A DNA stretch of 64,000 bases from the NCBI GenBank assembly GCA_963549665.1, contig CAUUZE010000001.1, positions 2,196 through 66,195 on the forward strand, read 5' to 3'. The notes beneath the pieces were generated by a model. That model had not been told where the DNA came from. It searched no databases and worked only from the letters and a program-made list of their open reading frames with translations. Positions 27,670 through 37,349 of this stretch are shown piece after piece (within the stretch, counting starts at the first letter, position 1; every line of letters starts with the position of its first letter). The position numbers were made by a program, and so were the translations under genes. The stretch is from Campylobacter concisus. GTDB taxonomy: Bacteria > Campylobacterota > Campylobacteria > Campylobacterales > Campylobacteraceae.

Positions 27670-27839
27670 TTTTTTTCACTCCTTTTCTATAAATTTATAG
27701 TTAAGCGGATATTACTTACTTTTTCTTGCATAGTGTATCCTTTAAAATGACCTTTATCCGCTTGACAATAAATTTTAAAAGAACCTTTTTAGAAACTTTT
27801 TACTTTTTTTAAAGTAATATGCTTCCAAACACATTTTGA

Positions 27840-27862
27840 ATTATAGTCTAATTTATTAGACT
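27840..27862. promoter_or_regulatory. Early promoter -10 (minus strand) with adjoining palindromic operator
   Basis: TATAAT on minus at 27840-27845; AGTCTAAT-TT-ATTAGACT at 27845-27862. Confidence 0.6.
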
Positions 27863-28621
27863 TTGTCAAGGACTTTTATGGATTTAGCACAAAAAATTAA
27901 ATTTTTACGTTCAGAAAATGGTTGGACACAAGAGGATTTAGCCAATAAGTCTGGTGTATCTATCCAAAGTATAAAACGATATGAAACCAATATGGGTGGA
28001 AATATAACTACGTCAAATTTAGAAAAAATCGCAAAAGTTTTTAATGTCCAAACGTCATATTTTTTAAAAGATAATAATGGTTCGTTAGAAGTTCGTAAGT
28101 CTGATGAGAATTTAGTTCGTAAGTCGTTCGTAAGTCCTAAAAATTTGTCCATAAGTCCTACAAATCTTAAAAACTCACAAAAAGATATAAAAACTATATC
28201 TATACCATATTTTGAAGATACGTATGCTAGTGCTGGTGGTGGGATGATAAACTACGATGAGGCACCGGTGATCATGGACTTTGATGAAGATTTTTTGCGT
28301 ATGTTTTTACGTATAAGTGGAAGCATAAAAGGCATACATATAATAAATGCTCGTGGAGATAGTATGGAACCTACTATAACTAGTGGAGAGCTCCTTTTTA
28401 TAAATCCTATGCAAAACGAAAATGGCATTATAAGTGGTTGTATATATATCATAAACTACGATGGTGACTTATATGTAAAACGTATTGAGAAAAATCCAAC
28501 AACAAAGGCTATAACGCTTTTTTCGGACAATAAAAAATATGAGCCCATTATCATACAAAAACAAGATTTAGAATGTTGCCACATAATGGGTAGGGTAGTG
28601 TCACACATGAAAAAATCTTGA
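27863..28621 (+). CDS. CI-like repressor (XRE HTH + S24 peptidase); ATG at 27878 may be the start
   Basis: WTQEDLANKSGVS HTH, ASAGGG, GDSMEP, YVKR. Confidence 0.93.
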   Translation: MSRTFMDLAQKIKFLRSENGWTQEDLANKSGVSIQSIKRYETNMGGNITTSNLEKIAKVFNVQTSYFLKDNNGSLEVRKSDENLVRKSFVSPKNLSISPTNLKNSQKDIKTISIPYFEDTYASAGGGMINYDEAPVIMDFDEDFLRMFLRISGSIKGIHIINARGDSMEPTITSGELLFINPMQNENGIISGCIYIINYDGDLYVKRIEKNPTTKAITLFSDNKKYEPIIIQKQDLECCHIMGRVVSHMKKS

Positions 28622-28655
28622 TTTAAAACCCATTTAAACGGCTTTTAAAAGGGTT

Positions 28656-28692
28656 TGTAAAAAGATGTAAAGCTTTTGTAAAGTGATGTAAA
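28656..28692. repeat. Four helically phased TGTAAA hexamers
   Basis: Starts at 28656, 28666, 28677, 28687. Confidence 0.7.
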
Positions 28693-29110
28693 GAAATTTT
28701 TGCCACTTTGATTTTGACTAAAACTCATTCTAACTACGAATTAATCGCACTTTCCTATGCCTTTTTATAACTTTGATATCTAACATAACTTTACAATATA
28801 AAAAACAAAATTTAAAACTCATAAGAAGTTTTTAGGCACAGCACTTTTGCGAGTGATAGCAAGATAATCAAATTTGGACAAGGGAATTTAAAATTTACTA
28901 AATTTAAGCTATAAATAATCAAGTTTATTACCAATTTCAGCCTGCAATTAGACAAAATTTGGTTTAAAACACCCACGCAAACACTTAAATTTACAACCTC
29001 ACAAGCCACATCAGCCCAGCAAACGCCATGGCGTAAAATTAGAAGATATAAAAATGATAGAATTTTTGAAAATAGTTATTTATGAGTTTTTGTATTAAAA
29101 ATTTAGTGAA

Positions 29111-29136
29111 AAAGAGCAAGCCCTAGCCTGCTCTTT
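29111..29136 (-). terminator. Probable intrinsic terminator after infC
   Basis: AAAGAGCA...TGCTCTTT stem with T run on minus strand. Confidence 0.65.
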
Positions 29137-29144
29137 GTGAGAAT

Positions 29145-29663
29145 TTAACCCTTTTTTGGAGTTACAAGCATATTTACATAACGACCTTCTATTATAGGCT
29201 CTTTGTCGCGGTCAGCTTCATCTTTGATCATCTCCCAGACCTTCTCAAGCATGGCTACGCCAGCCTCTGGGGTGCTCATCTCGCGACCCTTTAAAAATAC
29301 ACGAAATTTAACGTGTTTGCCATCTTGCAAAAACTCGCTTGCGTGTTTAACCTTGTAGTTTATATCGTTTTGGGCGATCTTGACAGAGAGTTTTATCTCT
29401 TTTATCTCGATGGTTTTTTGCTTTTTCTTGGCCTCTTTTTGCTTTTTCTCTTGCTGATAGCGGAATTTACCATAGTCCATTATCTTGCAAACTGGCGGCT
29501 TCGCATCAGGCGCTATAAGCACTAGATCAAGCCCAAGCTTATTTGAGATCTCTAAAGCCTCATCTCTTGAGATGACACCGTATGCCGTGCCATCATCCCC
29601 TACACATCTTACCTCTCTCGCCCTTATATCCTCATTGAGCAATACTTCATTTTCCTTACTCAA
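29145..29663 (-). CDS. infC: Translation initiation factor IF-3
   Basis: [22 protein letters not shown]. Confidence 0.97.
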   Translation of the reverse strand: MSKENEVLLNEDIRAREVRCVGDDGTAYGVISRDEALEISNKLGLDLVLIAPDAKPPVCKIMDYGKFRYQQEKKQKEAKKKQKTIEIKEIKLSVKIAQNDINYKVKHASEFLQDGKHVKFRVFLKGREMSTPEAGVAMLEKVWEMIKDEADRDKEPIIEGRYVNMLVTPKKG

Positions 29664-31480
29664 AAATGTACCTCACTAAGTTTCTCCTTCGTTAAATTTA
29701 TAAATTCCGCCAAGCTCATATCGCTCTGCGTCCTAGCCTGTCTGTCGCGCAACGCAACGCTCTTGTTCGCTACTTCGTTGTCTCCTAGCACGACTATCAT
29801 AGGCACCCTTTGTTTTTCTGCCGTTCTTATTCTCTTATTTAAACTCTCATTTTTACTTGCGATCTCGCTATCGACGTTGATCTTTCTTAGCTCGCGTGAA
29901 ATTTCTTTTGCGTAGTCTAAATGCGCGTCGCTAATAGGCACGATGACGACTTGCGTAGGAGCTATGAAAAATGGTAGCTCACCAGCAGTGTGCTCAAGTA
30001 AAATTCCTATAAATCTCTCAAAACTGCCAAGCAAGGCTCTGTGAAGCATTACAGGGCGCTGTCTCTCGTTATTTGCGTCGATGTAGCCTAGATCAAAGCG
30101 CTCTGGCAAGTTAAAATCCACTTGTATCGTGCCGCACTGCCACTTTCTCTTAAGCGCGTCGGTGATCTTAATGTCGATCTTTGGTCCATAAAATGCGCCG
30201 CCGCCCTCGTCGATGCCGTATTTAAAGCCATTTTCATCAAGAGCTTCTTTTAGCGCTTTTGTAGCTGTATCCCAAATTTCATCGCCACCTATCGCTTTGG
30301 CTGGCTTGGTTGATATCTCCATCTCATAGTGAAAGCCAAAATTCTCCATTATCGTGCCAGCAAATTTTAAAATTTCTAAGATATTTTCTTTGATCTGGCT
30401 TGGCATACAAAAGATATGTGAGTCATCTTGTGCAAATTCGCGAACTCTGAAAAGTCCGTGAAGCACGCCACTTTTTTCATGGCGATGCACGACGCCATAC
30501 TCGAAAAATTTAAGCGGCAAGTCGCGGTAAGAGCGGATATCGCTTTGATAAACTTTGATGTGACCAACGCAGTTCATCGGCTTGATGCCATACTCTGTCT
30601 CATCGATCGTTGTAAAGTACATATTTTCTTTATAGTTTGCGTAGTGGCCGCTTCTTCTCCACACATCAGCCTTTAAAAGCTCAGGACCTCGCACTGGCTC
30701 GTAGCCGCGGTCACGGTGGGCTTTGTATAGAAGTTGCTCTAGTTTTGATCTTAAGCGTCCGCCATTTGGTAGCCAGATAGGCAAACCGCCGCCCACTTCT
30801 TCATCAAATGTAAATAGTTTCATCTCGACGCCAAGCTTTCTGTGATCGCGCTTTTTAGCCTCTTCGATGATGCGGATGTGCTCTTTTAGACTCTCTTTGT
30901 CTGCGTAAGCTGTGCCGTAAATTCTAGTTAGCATCTCACGGCTCTCATCGCCGCCAAGATACGCCCCGGCCACACGTGTAAGCTTAAAGAATTTTAAAAA
31001 TTTAGTATTTGGCACATGTGGTCCGCGGCAAAGATCTTCAAAATCCCCTTGTGCGTAGCTACTCACTTCGCCATCTGGAATTCTTTTTAAGACCTCTTGT
31101 TTTAGATCATCGTTTTTAAATTTCTCACTCATATTAGCTTTAGTTGAGCAGGTTTTAACTATGTCAAATTTCTTCTCAGCAAGCTCTTTCATCTTATCTT
31201 CGATCGCTGCTAGATCGCTCTCGCCTAGCTTCGTGCCCTCATCATCAACTCTAAAATCATAATAAAATCCATCTTCTACGTTTGGTCCGACAAAGAATTT
31301 CGCCTTTGGATAGAGTGATTTGATAGCTTGTGCCATGAGGTGCGCACAGGAGTGTCTGATAACGTGTAGTGCCTCTTTTGAGTTGTCAAAATAGATAGGC
31401 TCAGCACTACTCTCACGCCCTGCGATACTTTGAGTATCGACTATTTCGCCATTTAGTTTGTATGCGATGATATCGCTCAT
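29660..31480 (-). CDS. thrS: Threonine--tRNA ligase
   Basis: [26 protein letters not shown]. Confidence 0.98.
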   Translation of the reverse strand: MSDIIAYKLNGEIVDTQSIAGRESSAEPIYFDNSKEALHVIRHSCAHLMAQAIKSLYPKAKFFVGPNVEDGFYYDFRVDDEGTKLGESDLAAIEDKMKELAEKKFDIVKTCSTKANMSEKFKNDDLKQEVLKRIPDGEVSSYAQGDFEDLCRGPHVPNTKFLKFFKLTRVAGAYLGGDESREMLTRIYGTAYADKESLKEHIRIIEEAKKRDHRKLGVEMKLFTFDEEVGGGLPIWLPNGGRLRSKLEQLLYKAHRDRGYEPVRGPELLKADVWRRSGHYANYKENMYFTTIDETEYGIKPMNCVGHIKVYQSDIRSYRDLPLKFFEYGVVHRHEKSGVLHGLFRVREFAQDDSHIFCMPSQIKENILEILKFAGTIMENFGFHYEMEISTKPAKAIGGDEIWDTATKALKEALDENGFKYGIDEGGGAFYGPKIDIKITDALKRKWQCGTIQVDFNLPERFDLGYIDANNERQRPVMLHRALLGSFERFIGILLEHTAGELPFFIAPTQVVIVPISDAHLDYAKEISRELRKINVDSEIASKNESLNKRIRTAEKQRVPMIVVLGDNEVANKSVALRDRQARTQSDMSLAEFINLTKEKLSEVHF

Positions 31481-31821
31481 TGTTTTTCCTTATATCAAAT
31501 TGTCTTTTTTACGATAAAAGAACGATTAAGGATTTTATCGAAATGGGCTTTAAGCTAAACTTAATAATTGCTAAGCAAATTTTTATAAATTCTTTTTAAA
31601 TTTAGTAAAATTTGAGCCAAAATTTTTGGATTTTAAAATATATTTTTTTATATATAAAGATAAATATCCCTAAAATATGCATATTTTATCAATATAATTT
31701 ATTATATTTTAAGATTATCCCTGATAATATTTGCTCCTGAAATGAATTTAGCAATTTCTCGTCTTTGCATTACTTAAATTCATTTTTCTCCCGACAAATT
31801 TAGTGCTAGGAAGTGGTTAGC

Positions 31822-32397
31822 CTAGCACTTTTCTTTTGCAAATTTAACAAACACCGGCTTTACTATCCTAGCGTAGTCTTTTGCGTTTAAAACGACTGAT
31901 CTATCAAGAAGCCCCGCATTAAAGGCGATCTCATCGTTTTTCTCTAGCAAACTCTCATCCACAACAAGGTGCAAATTTTTATGAAAGCTAAATGGCGGAA
32001 CCGAGCCAAATACGCAATCAGCAAGCGCTGTAACCTCATCTGGGCTAGCAAGGCTCGCTCTTTTGCCATCAAATTTTTGCGTAAGCGCGTCAAGATCAGC
32101 CTGCTCGTCAGCTGGTAAGACAGCGAGCAAGTAAATTTTACCAGCCTTCATCACTGGCTTTTCATCATCTAGCAAGTAGCCATCTAGCACATTTTCATCT
32201 TTAAAAATTTGCCTAAATTTCTCTTCATCCACCCCTTTTATAGAGCACACCAGCGCCTTTGCGCCCTGACTCATCTTCGTGCCCCTTATCTTAGCAACCT
32301 CCTCTGAAGTCCTAGCACTCTCATGCTCTATCACTCTAAATTTAGCCCCGTTTTTGCTAAGAAGATCGTGGATTTTATTAAAAATTTGCTCTGACAC
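31822..32397 (-). CDS. YbaK/prolyl-tRNA editing domain protein
   Basis: AKAL, GSVPPF, IAFNAG. Confidence 0.85.
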   Translation of the reverse strand: MSEQIFNKIHDLLSKNGAKFRVIEHESARTSEEVAKIRGTKMSQGAKALVCSIKGVDEEKFRQIFKDENVLDGYLLDDEKPVMKAGKIYLLAVLPADEQADLDALTQKFDGKRASLASPDEVTALADCVFGSVPPFSFHKNLHLVVDESLLEKNDEIAFNAGLLDRSVVLNAKDYARIVKPVFVKFAKEKC

Positions 32398-32460
32398 AGC
32401 TCTTTCCTTTGGATAAATTTAGTTAAAATTATAGCGCTAAAACCAAAAAAGGGCAGGAAA

Positions 32461-33147
32461 ATGCAGATAAATTTAGATGACGTAAAGATCGAGCCAAGCT
32501 GGAAAGAGGTGCTAAAAGATGAGTTTTTGAGTGAAAATTTCGCTCGCATCAAAGAGAATTTCTTAAAAGCAAAGAGCGCTGGCGTCGTCTATCCACCAAG
32601 CGGGCTTATATTTAACGCATTTAATCTAACGCCATTTCACTCCGTAAAGGTCGTCATCCTAGGCCAAGACCCATATCACGGCGCAAATCAAGCCATGGGA
32701 CTAAGCTTTTCAGTGCCAAGCGGTGTGCGAGTGCCGCCAAGCCTTGTGAATATTTATAAAGAAATTTACGCCGATCTTGGCATAAAAGAGCCAAATAGCG
32801 GCGATCTTACAAAGTGGGCAAAGCAAGGCGTGCTGCTACTAAATTCAACTTTAAGCGTAAGTGCTGGAGCGGCAAATTCTCACGCTGGCTTTGGCTGGCA
32901 GGGCTTTACAGACGCCGTCATAAGAAAGATTAGCCAAAATTTACAAAACGTAGTTTTTATGCTCTGGGGCAACCCAGCCAAGGCAAAAGCGCCACTTATA
33001 GACGCTAGCAAGCACCTCATCTTAGAAGCTGCCCACCCAAGTCCGCTAGCTCGTGGGTCGTTTTTTGGCTGCAGGCACTTTTCAAAGGCAAATATCTACC
33101 TAGCAAACCACGGCAAAATGCCCATCGAGTGGGACTTAAACGCTTAA
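32461..33147 (+). CDS. ung: Uracil-DNA glycosylase
   Basis: GQDPYH, GVLLLN, HPSPL. Confidence 0.97.
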   Translation: MQINLDDVKIEPSWKEVLKDEFLSENFARIKENFLKAKSAGVVYPPSGLIFNAFNLTPFHSVKVVILGQDPYHGANQAMGLSFSVPSGVRVPPSLVNIYKEIYADLGIKEPNSGDLTKWAKQGVLLLNSTLSVSAGAANSHAGFGWQGFTDAVIRKISQNLQNVVFMLWGNPAKAKAPLIDASKHLILEAAHPSPLARGSFFGCRHFSKANIYLANHGKMPIEWDLNA

Positions 33148-33154
33148 ATTTGAG

Positions 33155-33448
33155 CTATTTTTTAAGCTCACTAAGAAGCTTATTTACCTTTTCTAGCTCG
33201 CTTTTGCAAAATTTCTCATCGTTATTTTGCATTATCATCGCTTCTTGGCCGCTTTGCCTTTGCTTAAACTCATCAAATTTAAGCTCAAAAAGCCTTAGCG
33301 CCTTCTCATCACCCGCAAGCTTCTTGCTCTCTTTGGCATAAAGCTCGTCAAGATAGAGCCTACTTTGCTTGACATACTCCTTGCAAACCTCGCTTGCACC
33401 AAATAAATTTACGCCCAGAAAAAGGGCAAAAATGGCAATTTTTTTCAT
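33155..33448 (-). CDS. Exported hypothetical protein
   Basis: Signal peptide, two Cys. Confidence 0.75.
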   Translation of the reverse strand: MKKIAIFALFLGVNLFGASEVCKEYVKQSRLYLDELYAKESKKLAGDEKALRLFELKFDEFKQRQSGQEAMIMQNNDEKFCKSELEKVNKLLSELKK

Positions 33449-33526
33449 ATTTTTCCTTGAAATTTTTGCGTTATACTAGCCTTTAAGCACTTAAATTTTA
33501 AAATGTTTTGCAAAAAAGGATGAAAA

Positions 33527-34063
33527 ATGAGGCGAAAAGATAGAGAGCCTAGTCGTGACGAGGCACTTGAGATTATCGATAACTGCGAATACGGCGTGAT
33601 CTCATGCGTGGATGATGAGGGAGAAATTTTTAGCGTGCCGATCTCGCCTGTTAGGGTTGGTGAGAGCATCTTTATCCACGGAGCGACCGCTGGTAGTAAG
33701 GCAAAACTGCTTCAAAATGGGCGAAAAGTGGAGTTTGTCTGCGTTAGCTTCAACAAGGTCCCGCACCTAAATGATAGCGAGCTAGAAATGATAAAAGACG
33801 ATGGCAAGGCGCTTGGCGGCAAGGTCTTTACGACTGAATACAAAAGCGCCATCGCAAAAACAAGAGCCTACGAAGTGACAGACGAGGCCAAAAGATATGA
33901 AATTTTAAAAATTCTCAGCCAAAAATACACAGCCTACGCGATGAGCACCTTTGACGTGGCGGCCGAGTATGGGCTAAAAAATATGAAAATTTACGAGCTA
34001 AAGATAGAGAGCCTTAGCGCGAAGGCCAAAATTTTGCCAAAAGAGGTAAAGGAGCAAATTTGA
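33527..34063 (+). CDS. Pyridoxamine 5'-phosphate oxidase family (NimA-like) protein
   Basis: MRRKDRE start, IFIHGA..GSK, YKSAI. Confidence 0.85.
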   Translation: MRRKDREPSRDEALEIIDNCEYGVISCVDDEGEIFSVPISPVRVGESIFIHGATAGSKAKLLQNGRKVEFVCVSFNKVPHLNDSELEMIKDDGKALGGKVFTTEYKSAIAKTRAYEVTDEAKRYEILKILSQKYTAYAMSTFDVAAEYGLKNMKIYELKIESLSAKAKILPKEVKEQI

Positions 34064-35244
34064 GCTCGCTTGCACTGATGTTTAGACCAAAAAACTTGGA
34101 CGAAATTTGCGGACAAAAGGCGGTTAAAGCGGCCTTTTTAAAATTTATAGCCACAAGCAAGTTACCGCACTCCATATTTTATGGTCCAGCAGGCTGTGGC
34201 AAGACGAGCTTTGCAAGGGCTGTGGCAAGTGGCGCAAACTACGATTTTTACGAGTTTGACGGCGGAAATTTAAAGATAGATGACTTTCGCAAAATTTTAA
34301 AAAACTACGAAAACGCCCTAAACAAGCCACTCTTTTTCATAGACGAGATCCACAGGCTTAGCAAAACCCAGCAAGAAGCACTGCTTATACCCATGGAAAA
34401 CTACAAGGCCCTAGTCATCGGCGCTAGCACGGAAAATCCATTTTTCACGTTAAGCTCAGGCATCAGAAGCCGCTCGATGCTCTTTGAGTTTAGACCGCTT
34501 AGCAGTGGCGATTTTGAGGAGCTTCTTAGCAAGATCAGGGAGCAAATTTCATTTAGCATAGATGAAGATGCCAAAGAGTATCTCTTTAAAAGTAGCGGCG
34601 GCGACGCAAGAGCTATGCTAAATTTACTCGAATTTGCCGTCACGCTTGATGAAAATGTGAGCATAGAAAATTTAAAAACACTTCGCCAAAATGCCCTAAA
34701 AGAGGGGGCAAAAGAGGATGATACGCACTACGAGCTAGCAAGTGCTTTTATAAAAAGCCTGCGTGGAAGCGACGAAAACGCCGTCATATACTATCTCGCA
34801 AGGCTCATAGACTCTGGCGAGAGCGCAGACTTCATCGCAAGACGCATGGCGATATTTGCCAGCGAAGACATCGGCAACGCAAACCCAAATGCGCTAAATT
34901 TAGCCGCTAGCACGCTAAGTGTGGTAAAAGAGATAGGCTTTCCAGAGGCTAGGATCATACTGGCTCAGTGCGCCGTCTATCTAGCCAGCTCGCCAAAGTC
35001 AAACTCCAGCTACAATGCGATAAATGCCGCCCTAAGATACGTGCAAAGCGAGGAAATTTTAAAAATCCCGCCATATCTAAAAAACCACACAAAAGAGAGT
35101 AAAGACTACCTTTATCCGCATGATTTTGGCGGCTGGGTCGAGCAAAAATACCTAGAAAAACCGCTCGTTTTTTACAAAAGCAAGGGCATAGGCTTTGAAA
35201 AAACGCTAAATGAGTGGCTAGAAAAGATAAGGTCAAAGGGCTAA
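34060..35244 (+). CDS. rarA: Replication-associated recombination protein A
   Basis: GPAGCGKT, FIDEIHR, SAFIKSLRGSD, ASEDIGNA. Confidence 0.95.
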   Translation: MSSLALMFRPKNLDEICGQKAVKAAFLKFIATSKLPHSIFYGPAGCGKTSFARAVASGANYDFYEFDGGNLKIDDFRKILKNYENALNKPLFFIDEIHRLSKTQQEALLIPMENYKALVIGASTENPFFTLSSGIRSRSMLFEFRPLSSGDFEELLSKIREQISFSIDEDAKEYLFKSSGGDARAMLNLLEFAVTLDENVSIENLKTLRQNALKEGAKEDDTHYELASAFIKSLRGSDENAVIYYLARLIDSGESADFIARRMAIFASEDIGNANPNALNLAASTLSVVKEIGFPEARIILAQCAVYLASSPKSNSSYNAINAALRYVQSEEILKIPPYLKNHTKESKDYLYPHDFGGWVEQKYLEKPLVFYKSKGIGFEKTLNEWLEKIRSKG

Positions 35245-35283
35245 ATTTAGGCTTTACTCTTTTGGTTCAAATAAGGTACGCGC

Positions 35284-35799
35284 ATGAACGAGCAAAATTT
35301 AACATATATCGCAAATTTAAAGGTAAAAGATGTGCCGTGGGATAGGCTAAGCTGCAGCTACGGCACGGCAGAGCTTTTTGCACAAATTTTAAACACACTT
35401 ACAAAGGCTGTGAAAAAGTCTAAATTTGATGAAAAAGAGCTTAATGAACTGCTTGATGAAATCTTTGGTGAGTGCGAGTATCAAGAGATATTTTGGCACG
35501 CAACGCCCTTTGCGCTCGTTTTTTTAGTGCGAATTTATAAAAGTGCGCTAGGCGAAAAAGGCGAAGCAGCTAAATTTATCTCGCGTAAGCTTGAACTCTT
35601 TTTTAAATTTATGCTTGAAATTTGCGAGAAAGTAGAGCAAATGGATCATGCAAAGCCGCTTGCAAAAATGGAGCAAATGCTAGAGCCAAAGTATCTTGAT
35701 ATCGTAGATCAAGACGAGCTAAGCTATGATGATAGGCTATTTTACAGCTTTTATTACTATTCACGCATGGTTTTGCAGAGTGCTTTTGTAAAAATTTAG
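35284..35799 (+). CDS. Hypothetical protein
   Basis: 171 aa ORF, helical. Confidence 0.75.
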   Translation: MNEQNLTYIANLKVKDVPWDRLSCSYGTAELFAQILNTLTKAVKKSKFDEKELNELLDEIFGECEYQEIFWHATPFALVFLVRIYKSALGEKGEAAKFISRKLELFFKFMLEICEKVEQMDHAKPLAKMEQMLEPKYLDIVDQDELSYDDRLFYSFYYYSRMVLQSAFVKI

Positions 35800-35887
35800 C
35801 TCGGCCATGATTTTTTAGTAGTTAATTTAAATTTTATATTTATTCAAATATACTTCTCAAATCCAAATCAATCACGAAAGTTAAAAA

Positions 35888-37306
35888 ATGCCTACAAATT
35901 TTGCTGAAATTTTAAATAACTGCGTTGAAAGTATAAATTCATTTCTTTGGGGTCCATACTTCCTTATCGCCCTACTTTGCGGCACTGGACTATTTTTCAC
36001 CATTAGACTTGGCTTTGTTCAGATTTTTAAATTTAAGATGGGTTTAGGCGAACTTTTTGGAAATTTCTCACTTCACGGCGAGGCTGCTGGTAAGGCTGGC
36101 ATGAGCTCGTTTCAAGCAGTCGCAACCGCTATCGCGGCGCAAGTTGGCACTGGAAACCTCGTTGGTGCAACGACAGCGCTTATCATGGGTGGTCCTGGAG
36201 CCATTTTTTGGATGTGGTGCGCAGCTTTTTTAGGCATGGCTACAAATTTTGCTGAAATTTGCCTCGCTCAAATTTACCGCACGAAAGACGATAGCGGCCA
36301 CACGATAGGCGGTCCAGCCTTTTACATAAGCCGCGGTTTAAAGGGCAAATGGGCGAAATTTCTAGCTGGATTTTTCGCTATCGCTATCATCATCGCACTT
36401 GGCTTTATCGGCAACATGGTTCAGGCAAACTCCATATCAGACGGCTTTAGCGGCGCTTTTGGCATACCGCAGTGGCTAACAGGGGCGTTTTTGGCTCTCA
36501 TTTGCGCACTAATTTTCATAGGCGGTGTAAAGGCGATCGCAAGGGTCGCTGAAAAGATCGTGCCGTTAATGGCGCTACTTTACATCGTTGTTGGCGTGGT
36601 TATCATCGCTTTAAATTTTCACCAAATCCCAGAGGCGATCTCGCTAATATTTAAAGCTGCGTTTGACCCTTCGGCTGCTTGGGGCGGGGCAACTGGCGCT
36701 AGCATCGCAGCTGCTATGAGATACGGCATCGCAAGGGGTCTTTTTAGTAACGAAGCTGGCATGGGCTCGACTCCGCACGCACACGCCGCTGCAAACGTCA
36801 AACACCCAGTCGATCAAGCCGTCCTTGGCATAATGAGCGTCTTTATAGACACCTTTGTCATCCTAAATATAACCGTTTTTGTGGTGCTAACCGCAAATGT
36901 CATCAGTTTTGAAAACGGCAAGGCAGTCTTTACTGGCATCACCTTGGTGCAAGAGGCGTTCTCGTCACATATCTTTGGCAAAACTGGCGGTTATAGCTTT
37001 GTGGCGATCTGCCTATTTTTCTTCGCATTTACGACGATCATTGGCTGGTACTACTTTGCTGAGATCAACGTGCGCTACCTTTTTGGCGCAAAGGCGGTTA
37101 AAATTTTTAAAATTTTAGTTGTTGTTTTTGTCTTTTTGGGAAGCTTGCAAAAGGTAAATTTCGTCTGGAGCTTGGCTGACATGTTTAACGGCCTTATGGT
37201 TGTGCCAAATTTGATAGCCATTATCCTTCTAAGCCCAGTTGTAGCAAGGCTTTTAAAAGATCACGATGCGGGCAAAGAGTACGACGTAAAAGAGTATTTG
37301 AAGTAA
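35888..37306 (+). CDS. Alanine/glycine:cation symporter (AGCS family)
   Basis: VGTGN, GGPGAIFWMW, RGLFSNEAGMGS. Confidence 0.95.
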   Translation: MPTNFAEILNNCVESINSFLWGPYFLIALLCGTGLFFTIRLGFVQIFKFKMGLGELFGNFSLHGEAAGKAGMSSFQAVATAIAAQVGTGNLVGATTALIMGGPGAIFWMWCAAFLGMATNFAEICLAQIYRTKDDSGHTIGGPAFYISRGLKGKWAKFLAGFFAIAIIIALGFIGNMVQANSISDGFSGAFGIPQWLTGAFLALICALIFIGGVKAIARVAEKIVPLMALLYIVVGVVIIALNFHQIPEAISLIFKAAFDPSAAWGGATGASIAAAMRYGIARGLFSNEAGMGSTPHAHAAANVKHPVDQAVLGIMSVFIDTFVILNITVFVVLTANVISFENGKAVFTGITLVQEAFSSHIFGKTGGYSFVAICLFFFAFTTIIGWYYFAEINVRYLFGAKAVKIFKILVVVFVFLGSLQKVNFVWSLADMFNGLMVVPNLIAIILLSPVVARLLKDHDAGKEYDVKEYLK

Positions 37307-37317
37307 ATTTAAAAGTC

Positions 37318-37337
37318 GTGGAGAGAGGTCTCTCCAC
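37318..37337. terminator. Hairpin between convergent genes
   Basis: GTGGAGAG...CTCTCCAC. Confidence 0.6.
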
Positions 37338-37349
37338 ATTAATTTAATA

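Larger units (their letters stand above)
1..29010. mobile_element. Mu-like transposable prophage (CJIE1/CMLP1-like), partial; other end outside window, right boundary approximate
   Basis: DDE transposase, MuB-like ATPase, Gam, GemA, repressor and full head/tail/lysis genes; host infC follows at 29145; a CA dinucleotide ends at 29010. Confidence 0.9.

Noticed and set aside
28088..28700. Short repeats as a CRISPR array
   Set aside because: Repeats are 6-11 bp with no regular unique spacers and no cas genes
28812..29009. 65-aa minus-strand ORF at the prophage end
   Set aside because: No RBS; overlaps probable end motifs; not protein-like
29145..29663. infC separated from rpmI-rplT, suggesting prophage disruption
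   Set aside because: thrS-infC and rpmI-rplT are also separate in C. jejuni, so this is a genus-level arrangement
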